From contig CAVYXA010000001.1 of the NCBI GenBank assembly GCA_963772365.1, forward strand, positions 768,001-832,000: a stretch of 64,000 nt of DNA, given 5' to 3'. Position 1 is the first letter of the stretch. Every line of letters starts with the position of its first letter. This DNA is from an uncultured Verrucomicrobiae bacterium (GTDB lineage: Bacteria > Verrucomicrobiota > Verrucomicrobiia > Chthoniobacterales > UBA10450). A program made the translations under genes and the position numbers. Below, piece after piece: positions 40,179-50,817 of the stretch. The notes beneath the pieces are model-generated. The model saw only the letters and a list, made by a program, of their open reading frames with translations. It had not been told where the DNA came from and made no database searches.

Positions 40179-40630
40179 AAACTTGTCTCGTACTGGACCA
40201 TCAGATCGTCGAGATTCGCGACGACCTCATAATCCTCTTCATTAACACCCACCAGTCTCGATTTTGCTCCTGTTGTACCGGCAGCCGCCATCACCAGCGG
40301 ATGAACTTGTATCTTATCGATTCCAATCCTCAGTTGCCCCGCGGTTTTGGAAATCTCAGGCGCGGCAACTGGCTTTATATCTGCGGTCAAACCTTTCCGG
40401 ACGGGTGTTGATGGCGAGCTGTGTAGGAAAAATGTCGAGACAATCACAATGCCAGCCGCCACCGATGCCGGCGCCGCGATCCTCCAATTGAACAAGGGTC
40501 CCAGCCGCTCAGATAACGAGCGCTGCTGCCGGAGTTGTCGAACGACATTCCGGGCAAAAAATGGCGAAACGCGCAGCTCAGGACTCTGACCCAATAGATC
40601 CCACAATGATTGATCGTCTTCGCGATTCAT
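40154..40630 (-). CDS. single-TM hypothetical protein (anti-sigma-like)
   Basis: LWDLLG..VSPFFARNVVR, one TM helix, EVVANLDDL. Confidence 0.6.
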   Translation of the reverse strand: MNREDDQSLWDLLGQSPELRVSPFFARNVVRQLRQQRSLSERLGPLFNWRIAAPASVAAGIVIVSTFFLHSSPSTPVRKGLTADIKPVAAPEISKTAGQLRIGIDKIQVHPLVMAAAGTTGAKSRLVGVNEEDYEVVANLDDLMVQYETSLWDQNSSL

Positions 40631-40692
40631 GTTCTAAAATTGAACGTATCGAACCGGGCAAAGTTGCGCGCGGAAGGCCCCCTGCTTCAAGT

Positions 40693-42552
40693 TCAGGCCT
40701 CAGACGCTTCCAAAAACCCGGCAAGCTGCCGGATTCGAGTTGGGTGCCGCATTTTGCGTAACGCCTTTGCTTCGATCTGGCGGATTCGTTCCCGCGTAAC
40801 CTGAAATTGCCGGCCCACTTCTTCCAATGTCCGGCTATAGCCATCGACCAGTCCGAAGCGTTGCTCCAAAACTTGGCGTTCCCGCTCCGTCAAGGTTTCG
40901 AGCACGTCCTTGATCTTCTCCTTTAACAAGACGATCGCGGTCATATCCGAAGGATTTTCCGCGCCCTTGTCCTCGATGAAATCGCCGAAGTTTGTCTCTT
41001 CGCTCTCGCCCACTGGAGCTTGAAGCGAGATTGGTTGCTGTGCCATCTTCAGCACCGCCCGAACTCGGTCGACAGGCAACAGAATTTCTTCCGCCACTTC
41101 TTCCGGCGTCGGCTCGCGCCCAAATTCTTGAACAAGCTGCTTTTGCACGCGCATGAGCTTGTTGATTGTCTCGATCATGTGGACCGGAATGCGAATGGTG
41201 CGGGCCTGGTCCGCGATGGACCGGGTAATGGCTTGCCGAATCCACCAGGTTGCATAGGTGGAAAATTTGTAACCGCGCCGGTACTCAAATTTTTCGACCG
41301 CCTTCATCAATCCCATGTTTCCTTCCTGGATCAGATCCAGAAAGGAGAGACCGCGATTGGTGTATTTTTTCGCTATAGAAATAACCAACCGCAGATTGGC
41401 TTCGACCATTTCCGTTTTTGCCCGGAGCGCCTGACGCACCCAATTCTTCAATTCGCAATACTCCTGGCCAAACTCGTCCAGCGAACACCACATGCCCTTT
41501 TCCAGCTCGCGCAATTTGTTTCGGAGATGCAGCAGTTTTTTTCGATCGCGCCGGTGTTTGGTAAGCTCGTCCTGCAAATACACAGATGAATGGTGCGTTT
41601 CATCCGCTAAATGCACGAACTCTTCGGTGACTTTTTGTTTGAAATAGAATTGCGGATAATACCTCTGGAGAGAGACCAGGGCTTTGTGGAATCGTTGCGG
41701 CTTTTTACTCTCTTTCTTTGAAGAACTGCGAGTCTGCTGGGCGTACTGCTGTGTAATCGAGCCGCTCAACTGTTCTACCTGCTTGCACAAGCGTGGGAGC
41801 TTACGGAGATAACGTTCCCGGCTCTCGATCTTCTTGTCGAGAATGACGCGATCGAATCGTTCCCGTCCTTGGGTAAGTCTTTCAGCCAGGTCGAGATGAG
41901 CGCGGGCGGTAAAGCCGAACCGGTTAATGTACTTCTGCACCATGTGCTCGGCTTCCTCGATCCGCTTGGAAATTTCCACTTCCTGCTCCCGGGTCAGTAA
42001 TGGGACCTGCCCCATCTGCTTGAGATACATGCGCACCGGATCATCCAGAATATCCAGTTTCGCCTCCGGCTTCTCCTCTTCCTCCTCTTCGTCAACGTCC
42101 TTTTTCCCGTCCTTATAACGATCGACTTCCGATGCCTCAATAATGTCGATCTCGAGCCGGCGCAGCCGCGTCAGAATTAAATCGAGATCATCCGCATCCG
42201 TAATTCCGTCCGGAAGCGCCTCGTTCAGATCGTCGAAGGTGAGATAGCCCTGCTCCTTGGCCAGCTTGATTAACTCGCGAATGCGCGTTTCGGTTTCGGC
42301 CGCAGAACGCAGCTCGATTATTACTTCCCTTTTTCCCGTTTCACTGCCATTCCCATTACGGCTGCTCGCCCGGGACCGAGTCCCGATCTGCTTCCGTTTC
42401 AATGGCCCGTTACGCGCCTTTTTTTTCAACCTTTGCGCGAAAGGACCGCGCCGGCGGACAAGTTTACGCTTCGTTCGCTTCGCCGGCGAACGTCCTTCTC
42501 CCTTTCTTTTCGAATGCCTGGCCAAGGTTAAGCGGTTAAGGATCGCTTTCAC
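40693..42552 (-). CDS. rpoD: primary sigma factor RpoD
   Basis: [38 protein letters not shown]; long basic N-terminus. Confidence 0.97.
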   Translation of the reverse strand: MKAILNRLTLARHSKRKGEGRSPAKRTKRKLVRRRGPFAQRLKKKARNGPLKRKQIGTRSRASSRNGNGSETGKREVIIELRSAAETETRIRELIKLAKEQGYLTFDDLNEALPDGITDADDLDLILTRLRRLEIDIIEASEVDRYKDGKKDVDEEEEEEKPEAKLDILDDPVRMYLKQMGQVPLLTREQEVEISKRIEEAEHMVQKYINRFGFTARAHLDLAERLTQGRERFDRVILDKKIESRERYLRKLPRLCKQVEQLSGSITQQYAQQTRSSSKKESKKPQRFHKALVSLQRYYPQFYFKQKVTEEFVHLADETHHSSVYLQDELTKHRRDRKKLLHLRNKLRELEKGMWCSLDEFGQEYCELKNWVRQALRAKTEMVEANLRLVISIAKKYTNRGLSFLDLIQEGNMGLMKAVEKFEYRRGYKFSTYATWWIRQAITRSIADQARTIRIPVHMIETINKLMRVQKQLVQEFGREPTPEEVAEEILLPVDRVRAVLKMAQQPISLQAPVGESEETNFGDFIEDKGAENPSDMTAIVLLKEKIKDVLETLTERERQVLEQRFGLVDGYSRTLEEVGRQFQVTRERIRQIEAKALRKMRHPTRIRQLAGFLEASEA

Positions 42553-42568
42553 CTTCGAGCGAACAGCA

Positions 42569-44398
42569 TCAATTCATGGCCGCTCTTTTGGGCGAAAGCT
42601 GCGAAAGCTCGCTGAGTTGCTCTCGCAGGTCAAGAATTTGTTTTTGCAGATTCAGAACGTCCCCGGAACTTTGCCGCGGAAGCTTGATTCGGTTTTCCGC
42701 GACCTCGAGTTGGCGCCGCAAGATGCCCTGGCGAATGCCGAGCCACCATTGTTCCACCATGGCGCCGGGACTCGGCGGCATTTTTCGCAGTAACCAGGAT
42801 GAAACGATACGTTCCTCGTTAGGAGAAAGCGTTGCCATGAACGCGTTGAGAGAAGCCGGGTCGTCTGGACGAAAATCGCTTTCTAAAATGCGAACCAAAA
42901 TTTCCGCATCCGGTACCTGATCGAGGATCTCCCGCCAGTTTTGGCTGCGCAGAAAATCGCGCGCCGTTTCATCGCGCAGGGCCAGCAGGCAAAGCATCGC
43001 CACGTCATGTCTCGGCGCCAAACCAACTTCTGCGGGACCAGCTTGATCCGGCCGGCCCGAGTCGCGCCGTTGTTTTGGCAAAAGCGCCTGAAAATCGGGA
43101 GCAGTTACGCCGAGCCGAGCGCTAATTTTACTCACAACTTCGCCGCGCATCATCGGGTCGTGCACGCGCGATACCGTTTCGGCCATTTTTCGCGCTAACT
43201 GCATCTTCGCACCGAGCGAGGTAAGATCGACATCCGATGCTTCCCGGTCGATCCAGTAATCAAAAAATTCACGGGCACCGGCAATCCGGCTTTCAAACGC
43301 CTCTCTTCCTTCCCGTCGAACGAGCGAATCCGGATCCTCTCCCGCGGGCATCTCGGCCACGCGAACAATCAAATCGTTCTGAAGCAGCGCATCCAGTGAA
43401 CGTTCGGCGGCTTTCCGGCCAGCAGCGTCAGCGTCAAAGCAAAGCACAACTTCGTTAACAAATCGTTTTAGCACGCGGGCTTGATTTTCAGTGAACGCCG
43501 TCCCTTGCGGCGCGACTACGTTCTTGATCCCGGCTTCGAATAGAGCAATCAAGTCGAGCTGGCCTTCACAGACGATGGCGCACTCAGCTTCGATTAAGGC
43601 GCGCTTCGATTTGTCCAACCCAAAGAGCACTTTGCCTTTTCGAAAGACCGGCGTTTCCGGTGAATTCACATATTTCGCAGCGCCCTCTTCGTCTTTCAGA
43701 AGCCGTCCGCTAAAGGCGATGACCTCGCCCACATCATTGCAAATTGGGAACATGACCCGGCCACGAAACCGATCGTAGGTTGAGCGTTGAACGTTGGACG
43801 TTGTGCGTTCCGCATTCTCATCTTTTTGGGTCACTAATCCGCTCTGCAATAGAACCTGCTGCGAATAGCCGTGATTTCTCGCCGAGCTTCCGAATGCGTC
43901 CCATTCATCAGGTGCGTAGCCAAGCCGCCACCGCTTGGCGATCTCCGCCGTGATCCCGCGCTTTTTCAAATACTTTCGTGCCGCTTCGCCAATCGTTTTC
44001 TTGATAAGGTTAACGTGGAACCAATCGGCCGCTTCGGCGTGCAATTGCAGCAACTGATGCCGCATCTCCGGTTGTCGATCTTGATCGCTCCCTCCGCTTC
44101 GCGATGTTTCTGTAATCGGAATCCCGACCCGCGCCGCGAGTTTGCGCACCGCCGATGGAAAATCGACATGCTCGTAATCCATCACGAACCGGAACACGCT
44201 TCCGCCCGCGCCGCAGCCGAAGCAATGGAATGTTTGCCGGCTCGGGCTCACCGTGAACGAAGGCGTCTTTTCCTGATGGAATGGACAGAGCGCCTTGAAA
44301 TTCGTGCCTGCGCGTTTCAGTGGAAAATACGTGCCAATCAGCTCCACGATGTCGTTCGCTGCGGCGACTTGTTCGATGGTTTCTGATGGAATTGCCAC
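42569..44398 (-). CDS. dnaG: DNA primase
   Basis: [35 protein letters not shown]. Confidence 0.97.
   Translation of the reverse strand: MAIPSETIEQVAAANDIVELIGTYFPLKRAGTNFKALCPFHQEKTPSFTVSPSRQTFHCFGCGAGGSVFRFVMDYEHVDFPSAVRKLAARVGIPITETSRSGGSDQDRQPEMRHQLLQLHAEAADWFHVNLIKKTIGEAARKYLKKRGITAEIAKRWRLGYAPDEWDAFGSSARNHGYSQQVLLQSGLVTQKDENAERTTSNVQRSTYDRFRGRVMFPICNDVGEVIAFSGRLLKDEEGAAKYVNSPETPVFRKGKVLFGLDKSKRALIEAECAIVCEGQLDLIALFEAGIKNVVAPQGTAFTENQARVLKRFVNEVVLCFDADAAGRKAAERSLDALLQNDLIVRVAEMPAGEDPDSLVRREGREAFESRIAGAREFFDYWIDREASDVDLTSLGAKMQLARKMAETVSRVHDPMMRGEVVSKISARLGVTAPDFQALLPKQRRDSGRPDQAGPAEVGLAPRHDVAMLCLLALRDETARDFLRSQNWREILDQVPDAEILVRILESDFRPDDPASLNAFMATLSPNEERIVSSWLLRKMPPSPGAMVEQWWLGIRQGILRRQLEVAENRIKLPRQSSGDVLNLQKQILDLREQLSELSQLSPKRAAMN
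43779..43813. repeat. heptamer tandem repeat in frame within dnaG
   Basis: GTTGAGC GTTGAAC GTTGGAC GTTGTGC GTTCCGC, encoding [12 protein letters not shown]. Confidence 0.75.
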
Positions 44399-44442
44399 AG
44401 GTGAGATGGCAATCTTACCCAACTGCCATCACGTTTCCAAAG

Positions 44443-45927
44443 ATGAAAAACCAGCCAGTCGTCATCCCGAGCGAAGTCGAGGGATCCCGTTATCCGGCTT
44501 TGAAACATTGCCGCGGGATTCCTCGATTTCGCTTCGCTGGGCTCGGAATGACGATAATGGCGATTTGGTTGGGTCTGACGGCCACGCTTCAAGCACGCGA
44601 CGTCATTCAAAAGGGTGACGTTGTAGTCGTGCCGGTGCACGGCGAGATCTCAGAATCTCTGGTCATGTTTCTTAGGAGAGCCGTCAAAGCGGCCGAGATC
44701 GACGGTGCCTCGGCGATCATTTTCGATATGAACACTTACGGCGGCCGACTCGATGCGGCGGCCGATATCGTCAATGTCCTGAATCACACAACGATCCCAA
44801 CCTATACGTTCATCAATTCTAACGCGGGTTCCGCCGGCGCGATTATCGCTCTGGCGACTCGACATATTTACATGGCGCCTGTGAGCGCAATCGGCGCTGC
44901 TGCGCCGGTTCTCTCCACGGGGCAAGACCTTCCCGCCACGCTCAAGGAAAAAACGATTTCGTATTGGACGGCGCTGGTTCGCGGCTCGGCCGAACGCAAC
45001 GGCCACAACCCGGATGTCGCCGAAGCGTTCATGAATAAAGATAAGGCGGTCAAAATCGGCGACCGTGTTGTTCATCCGAAGGGAACGCTGTTGACTCTGA
45101 ACGCACAGGAAGCGGCCGAGCGCATCGACAGTAAACCGCTTTTGGCAGAAGGCATGGTCGATTCCGTTGTCGATCTTGCGAAGAAAGCGGGTCTCACCGC
45201 CAAGATAACCACACTGCACCCGACCGGTTTTGAACAGCTTGCGTTTTGGATCACCGCCCTCGCGCCATTTCTGCTTCTGGGCGGAATTATTGGAGCATAT
45301 CTCGAGTTCAAAATTCCCGGCGTGACCTGGCCGGGAATCATTTCTGCAATTTGCTTCGCACTTTTTTTCCTTGGCCATTATCTGGCCGGGCTGGCGGGCT
45401 GGGAGGTTCTGGCACTTTTCCTTCTTGGAATGCTGTTCGTCCTTGTTGAGATCCTCTTCTTTGCCCATTCCACGATTATCTTCGGAGTCGTGGGTGTTCT
45501 TCTCATACTGGCGTCGCTGCTGTGGGCAATGATTGATCGTTATCCAGGCCAAAACTTTTTCCCGAGCGGCAAGATGCTGGCCATTCCCCTGCTCAATCTG
45601 TTTATCGCGATCATCGGTTCCTTCGTCATTATTGCTCTTCTCGCGCGCTACTTGCCCCGGACCAGTTTTTATCGCCGATTTGTCCTGATCGATTCCAATC
45701 CGCCCGGTCCCTCGCTCGCCGGGATTCCCCGGCAATTCGCGACCGCGCTAGCGCTGAATCCCGGAATGCAGGGCACCGCCCTCACCGTCTTGCGGCCAAG
45801 CGGAAAAGCCCGATTCGCCGATCACATTGTCGATGTTGTCACCGAAGGCGAATTCATCGCCGCGCAGACGCCAATTACAGTAGCTCAGAGCGATGGGATG
45901 CGCGTCATCGTAAAAGCCACTGGCTGA
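44443..45927 (+). CDS. nfeD: NfeD family membrane-bound serine protease
   Basis: NTYGG, AGSAG, GAAAP, LTL, TM bundle, LRPSG OB domain; start 44443 or 44548. Confidence 0.9.
   Translation: MKNQPVVIPSEVEGSRYPALKHCRGIPRFRFAGLGMTIMAIWLGLTATLQARDVIQKGDVVVVPVHGEISESLVMFLRRAVKAAEIDGASAIIFDMNTYGGRLDAAADIVNVLNHTTIPTYTFINSNAGSAGAIIALATRHIYMAPVSAIGAAAPVLSTGQDLPATLKEKTISYWTALVRGSAERNGHNPDVAEAFMNKDKAVKIGDRVVHPKGTLLTLNAQEAAERIDSKPLLAEGMVDSVVDLAKKAGLTAKITTLHPTGFEQLAFWITALAPFLLLGGIIGAYLEFKIPGVTWPGIISAICFALFFLGHYLAGLAGWEVLALFLLGMLFVLVEILFFAHSTIIFGVVGVLLILASLLWAMIDRYPGQNFFPSGKMLAIPLLNLFIAIIGSFVIIALLARYLPRTSFYRRFVLIDSNPPGPSLAGIPRQFATALALNPGMQGTALTVLRPSGKARFADHIVDVVTEGEFIAAQTPITVAQSDGMRVIVKATG
44461..44552. repeat. 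family B palindrome at the 5' end of nfeD
   Basis: GTCATCCCGAGCGAAGTCGAGGGATCCCG...CGGGATTCCTCGATTTCG..GCTCGGAATGAC. Confidence 0.9.
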
Positions 45928-45954
45928 ACGGATGCAATCGCAGCAGTGTCGCGA

Positions 45955-46344
45955 TCACGCAGCGTGCGCTGCGACCGCTAGATTAAAAATCGATGTCGGC
46001 GCGATGGCATTCAGCGCTGCTTTTAACCGTTCCAATTTGACCGGTTTGGAGAGAACGGTCACAGCGCCAATTTCGCTGATGTCATCCGTTGGTGACCACC
46101 CGGAAACCAGTATGATTCGCGCTTCGGGATCTCTTGCCAGAATGTTTCGACACGCGGTTGCCCCATTTAACTTGGGCATCCAATAATCCATCAGCACCAC
46201 ATCGGGCTGATGTCGCGTGTAAGCCTGGATCGCCTCCAAGCCGGAGCTGACTACTTCCACCACTTCATGGTGGCAGAAGGAAACAAGCTCAGCCAGGGAG
46301 GTGCCCACGCTTTTTTGATCGTCGGCAATCAGAACTCGCACCAT
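45955..46344 (-). CDS. single-domain response regulator
   Basis: VLIADD, LMDYWMP, KP. Confidence 0.88.
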   Translation of the reverse strand: MVRVLIADDQKSVGTSLAELVSFCHHEVVEVVSSGLEAIQAYTRHQPDVVLMDYWMPKLNGATACRNILARDPEARIILVSGWSPTDDISEIGAVTVLSKPVKLERLKAALNAIAPTSIFNLAVAAHAA

Positions 46345-46385
46345 TTGCCCCACGCAGAAGTTTTCGTGCCAACCGATAAAGGGAT

Positions 46386-47830
46386 TTATGACGCGGTGTA
46401 ATAGCCTTCCTCGCCATGCTGGTTGATATCGAGCCCTTGACGCTCAATTTCCGGAGCAATCCTCAGCCCAATGGTCGCTTTGACCAACAATCCGATGATC
46501 GTCGTGGCTACGACTGCAAACCCGATTGTGACCGCAATCGCCTTGAGTTGTTCTAGCCAGAGCGAGTGACCAACGATTGAGGCCAGACCATTCTGCGTGG
46601 CCACATTACCGACCAGGTTCGGATTAACACTGGAGGTTGCGAGTAGGCCTGTGAGAAATGCTCCCAGGGTTCCGCCCACTGCGTGCACGCCGAACGTATC
46701 CAGCGCGTCATCGTAACCCATGAGCGATTTCAGCTTGGTGCAGGCAAAGAATGGGACCAAACCGGCCGCCACACCAATCAACACCGCCCGGGTAGCATCG
46801 ACATAGCCGCAGCTTGGGGTGATCACCACGAGTCCGCCAAGCGCCCCCGAGCAAAATCCGAGTACGCTCGGTTTTCCGCGCAGCAAATATTCGAGCATCG
46901 CCCATGTAAATGACGCCACGGCCGTGGCGAGCGTTGTTGTCATGAAAGCATTGGCAGCGATCCCATCGGCTCCGAGTGCGCTGCCGGCATTGAATCCATA
47001 CCAACCAACCCACAGCATGCCCGCTCCCACCATGCACAGCACCATGCTATGCGGCGCCATTACCTCTCTTTTGAACCCCAGCCGATGCCCGAGAAGAATG
47101 CACAAAACGAGCGCCGACCATCCTGACGACATGTGCACGACATACCACCTGCAAAATCGATTGCCGTGATTTTGGCCAGCGGATTGGCGACGCCATTCAT
47201 CCAGCCGTCGATTCCCCACACCATGTGTGCAATGGGAAAATAAACTGCAAACATCCATACACCCATAAACAGAAGCACAGCCGCGAACTTCATCCGCTCC
47301 GCCACCGCGCCGATGATCAGTGCCGGCGTGATGATGGCGAACATTAATTGATACATCGCAAAAATGTCGTGCGAGACCCATTGCGAATAATTGCCATTTG
47401 GCTGAGCGCCGACTCCGCGCAGAAAGGCAAATCTCAATCCGCCAAAAAAAGGCGAGCCGGGTGAAAACACGAGGGAATATCCGACGGCCCACCAAAGAAT
47501 CGTAACCAGCCCGGCGATACCGAGACATTGCGCCAGGATCGACAAAACATTCTTGGCCCGAACCAAGCCGCCATAAAAAAGCGCCAGCCCGGGTAAAGTC
47601 ATGAACAACACCAGGGCGGCGCATGTCATCATCCAGCCGTTGTGACCGGGACCCGGTCCCGCGATGTTAGAAACATTTCCCGCGCGGACGGAATTGTTCA
47701 CATAAGCTTCGAGATCGGCGACTCGCTGCTCAAGCGAGGGCGAAGCGGAAGGCGCAACTGTCGATGTTTGGGCGACGACCGCTGATGAAAATGCCAGCAC
47801 CGGCACCAGCAGAAAAACGAACCTCGTCAC
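46386..47830 (-). CDS. amtB: ammonium transporter Amt (frameshift near 47143)
   Basis: LALFYGG, FAIIT, DFAGG | VVH, GWYGFN, DDALD..VH. Confidence 0.92.
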
Positions 47831-47879
47831 GCGTTTCCGTTATAGAGCGCAATGATTCGCCCGGGCAAGAAAAACTCCC

Positions 47880-47966
47880 GAAAGAGAAAACTCCGCCGAG
47901 CGGTTGAGCCGGGCTCGCCCAGCGAGTCCCTCCGTTGGCGGACCAGGTTAAGGTGCTCGGCGGAGT
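47880..47966 (-). terminator. large branched hairpin with U tract between the PDZ gene and amt
   Basis: 12-bp perfect stem ACTCCGCCGAGC/GCTCGGCGGAGT followed by TTTCTCTTT on the minus strand. Confidence 0.6.
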
Positions 47967-47990
47967 CTCTTCCTCTCTGTCTCGGGAAAT

Positions 47991-49007
47991 CTACAGAATT
48001 GCTGGTTGGTGATCATCGTCGCCGGTTTTGATATCGTTATCTTCATCGACATCGATCCGCGGCGCGACAGAAGGCAAATCGTGCCGCTGAAGTTTCTCGT
48101 AGCGCTCGCGGACTTCGGCCGGCAACTTATCGATTTCCTCTTTGGTTTCGACCGGCCCGCTAAAGATCAATTTACCTTGCGGATCTTTCGCTGTGAGCAC
48201 TTTCTTTCCACCCACGCTTTCCAGTTTCATTTCGCCTTTGTCATCCGAGAAAACAATTTGCGCGTTACCGATGTCGATCTTGGTCGCGTGAAGTGTACCA
48301 TCATCATCGCTCATCACGCGAATATCGCGCGTCGTGTCGCGAGCCTCTTCCCGTGCCCGCCTGGCTGCTTCTCGCGCTTTCTCCACAGCCTCCCGGATCA
48401 CTCCTTTTTGCGCGCCTAACTGATCCTTAAGCTGCTCCTTCAGATCTTCCATTTGTTCCCGCAAATCGTCGCCCATCTGATCGAAGTTCCAGTTCCATTC
48501 GTGATTGAAACCGGGAAGGCTAGAGTGCCGCTGCGGCAGTTCCTTCTTGCTTAGCTTGACCGTGATCTTTTGCTCCTGACCCTTGCGCAGGATCGTGAGC
48601 GTCACATCCATTCCCTCCTGGAATGTTTGCAAGAGTTTTCGAAGTTGGTTCGGCTCAATCAGAATCTGATCGTTCAACATTTTCAGAATGTCGTTCTGTT
48701 TCAGGCCGGCCGCAGCTGCCGGACTGTCCGGCACGACGTAATCGACCACCAGCCCGAAGCCTTTTGCCAAACCAAGTTGCTCGCTCACCACACTCGGTAC
48801 TTCGGAAGTTTCAACGCCCAGAAATATCACAGGGGCTTTTGGTCCGCCGCGGTGTTCGTGTCGGTCGGGCATCGCTGGCGGAGCGGGAGGGGCCGGAGGA
48901 ACCGGTGGCGATGGCGGCGGCGTTTGCGCGAACCCTGCAATCGGCAGGAGCGCGATCGTCAGGACGATGATGGATTTTGCTTTCATAATGTTCGTTGTGT
49001 TGATCAT
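47991..49007 (-). CDS. exported PDZ-domain protein
   Basis: Signal peptide, Pro-rich linker, FLGV..GL.VDYV..SPA..AGL..DI. Confidence 0.85.
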   Translation of the reverse strand: MINTTNIMKAKSIIVLTIALLPIAGFAQTPPPSPPVPPAPPAPPAMPDRHEHRGGPKAPVIFLGVETSEVPSVVSEQLGLAKGFGLVVDYVVPDSPAAAAGLKQNDILKMLNDQILIEPNQLRKLLQTFQEGMDVTLTILRKGQEQKITVKLSKKELPQRHSSLPGFNHEWNWNFDQMGDDLREQMEDLKEQLKDQLGAQKGVIREAVEKAREAARRAREEARDTTRDIRVMSDDDGTLHATKIDIGNAQIVFSDDKGEMKLESVGGKKVLTAKDPQGKLIFSGPVETKEEIDKLPAEVRERYEKLQRHDLPSVAPRIDVDEDNDIKTGDDDHQPAIL

Positions 49008-49513
49008 TGGCCCGAAACTGGAATCAAAACGATTTCCTCGCTAGGATACGAAACGCGAAGCGATTCACCGGTAGCGGGATTACGCCACTGAACGGTCTGA
49101 CGAGTTTGATAACGCAATCGCCGCAGCGGCTGTTGATAACCAAACTGCAGTCCTTCATCGCGTCGATTGTAAATTACCTGAGTTAGATCAGCCGGGATAA
49201 ATTTATCCGCCACAGCCGGCGCGGTCTCGCGAGAGGGCACAGGCGAAATCTTAGCAATCTGCTGCTCCTTCTGCTGCGGCCGTTCCAGATTAATTCGCGC
49301 GAATACCAGTAAGAGCGCCGCCGCCGCAAGACCCAAACCCAATGGCATCCAATTGTAGGGCAACCGCGTCGGTTGCCGAGTTACGCCGTCGGCAGGCGGA
49401 GCGCCCGCTCTGCCATTCGCCATCGCCTCTTCGACGCGTTCGAAAAGTGCAGGAGAAGGCCGAGCCGGCCGCAGCTTTTTCAATTCATTCTCGATCTCAG
49501 AGAAATCGTTCAT
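49004..49513 (-). CDS. probable membrane anti-sigma factor
   Basis: Overlaps the ECF sigma stop; ENELKKLRP..PS; one TM helix. Confidence 0.7.
   Translation of the reverse strand: MNDFSEIENELKKLRPARPSPALFERVEEAMANGRAGAPPADGVTRQPTRLPYNWMPLGLGLAAAALLLVFARINLERPQQKEQQIAKISPVPSRETAPAVADKFIPADLTQVIYNRRDEGLQFGYQQPLRRLRYQTRQTVQWRNPATGESLRVSYPSEEIVLIPVSGQ
49354..49413. repeat. family D REP doublet in frame within the anti-sigma gene
   Basis: TGTAGGGCAACCGCGTCGGTTGCC...GGCAGGCGGAGCGCCCGCTCT. Confidence 0.85.
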
Positions 49514-50053
49514 TGCGGTTGCAAGGTTTTCTTTAATCCAGCTAAGGCATACCGATAACGCGAAGCGGCGGTGTTGTGCGAAATACCCAGGGCGCTTCCG
49601 ATTTCAGCGAAGGTGAGCTCGTTCCAGATTTTCATCACCAGCACCTCGCGTTGATCGCGTGGCAAATCATCCAGCGCCGCGACCAATGCCTGTTGAGTTT
49701 CATTTTCAAATTGAAATTCCGGCTCCACTGAACCCGCGACATCAGAGAAGGCCACTTGCTCGCGTCGAGCCCGGCGGCTGTCGCGGCGGATAAAATCGAG
49801 CGCGGTGGAACCGAACAATCGCGTAGAGCAAGCCGCGTTTGCCTGCCGCGCCGGAGCCAAGTGGAGGCGGGTCGATGTTATGATTGCGCCTCCAGAATTT
49901 GACGAATGCTTCCTGAACAATGTCTTCCGCGTCGGCCGCCGATCGCACCCACTGGCGGGCGAACAGAACCAAACCCGGCGCCAATTCCGAAAAGCAACTT
50001 CTCCAAGCTTCATGGTTAGCGACATTTTGCATGACCTCTTCACGGTCTTTCAT
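49510..50053 (-). CDS. ECF sigma-70 factor (frameshift near 49810; repeat insertion 49838-49872)
   Basis: AEDIVQEAF; LP.DQREVL..LTFAEIG..ISHNTAASR. Confidence 0.88.
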
Positions 50054-50313
50054 GATCAAGACGCCGCCAACTGGCCATCTTGTCTAAGTTGGACAATTTT
50101 CGTCGCGTTTCGTTTAGAGGTGGAAGGAGCTCTCCGAGCGCGTTGGTAAAACAAACGCCGCAGGCTTTAAATTGCCGATCTTGTGTTAACAAGCATGGGG
50201 TGTTGCACAAATATTGCGGCTTTGCCGACTGAAACATCTGGAAGACATCTCAATCTTTCGGTGGCGATCCGGCGTGAATTGCTTTCCTTGAAAGTCTCCC
50301 CACAGGCCACACC

Positions 50314-50817
50314 GTGCGAATCAGGAACCAACATCTGCTTTACCGATATCGACTCATCCTCGGGCTGTTTATATTCGGTTTGTTGCTCGGCGGGGTCACG
50401 GCTTTTGCCTTCGAAATGGAAACCGCCTTGTTGAACCGGCTGTTTGGAATCAATGCCGGCGTCGATCCTTCATCATTTTTCTTCAAGCCCCGCCTGTTTA
50501 TCACCACATTGCATTTCGCAGTGCACGATACTTACGTGCGTTTTCCTTTCTTCGGCCATAACACCGACTGGCTTGGCTTCAGCTACTTTGTAATCGGTGC
50601 CTTTTTCCTTTTACCGTTTGCGAATCCGGTCCGGTATCGGGCGATTCTTCAGGTGGGCCTGCTCGCCTGCGCGGGTGCTATTATGGTCGCGGTCATTTCA
50701 GGGTCGCTTCGTCACATTCCGTTTTTCTGGATCGCGATCGATTGCAGCTTCGGGATGTTGGCTGCGATTCTGCTCGCATATTCTCTCTATCTCAGCGGCA
50801 AACTTGGCCACGGATGA
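50314..50817 (+). CDS. membrane hypothetical protein
   Basis: GVTAF..E, TDWLGF, IDCSFG; several TM helices. Confidence 0.65.
   Translation: MRIRNQHLLYRYRLILGLFIFGLLLGGVTAFAFEMETALLNRLFGINAGVDPSSFFFKPRLFITTLHFAVHDTYVRFPFFGHNTDWLGFSYFVIGAFFLLPFANPVRYRAILQVGLLACAGAIMVAVISGSLRHIPFFWIAIDCSFGMLAAILLAYSLYLSGKLGHG

Noticed and set aside
44650..45735. Long antisense or alternative-frame ORFs (for example 361 aa opposite nfeD, 285 aa opposite the GT2, 282 aa at 53685)
   Set aside because: Shadow ORFs of GC-rich genes with no recognisable motifs
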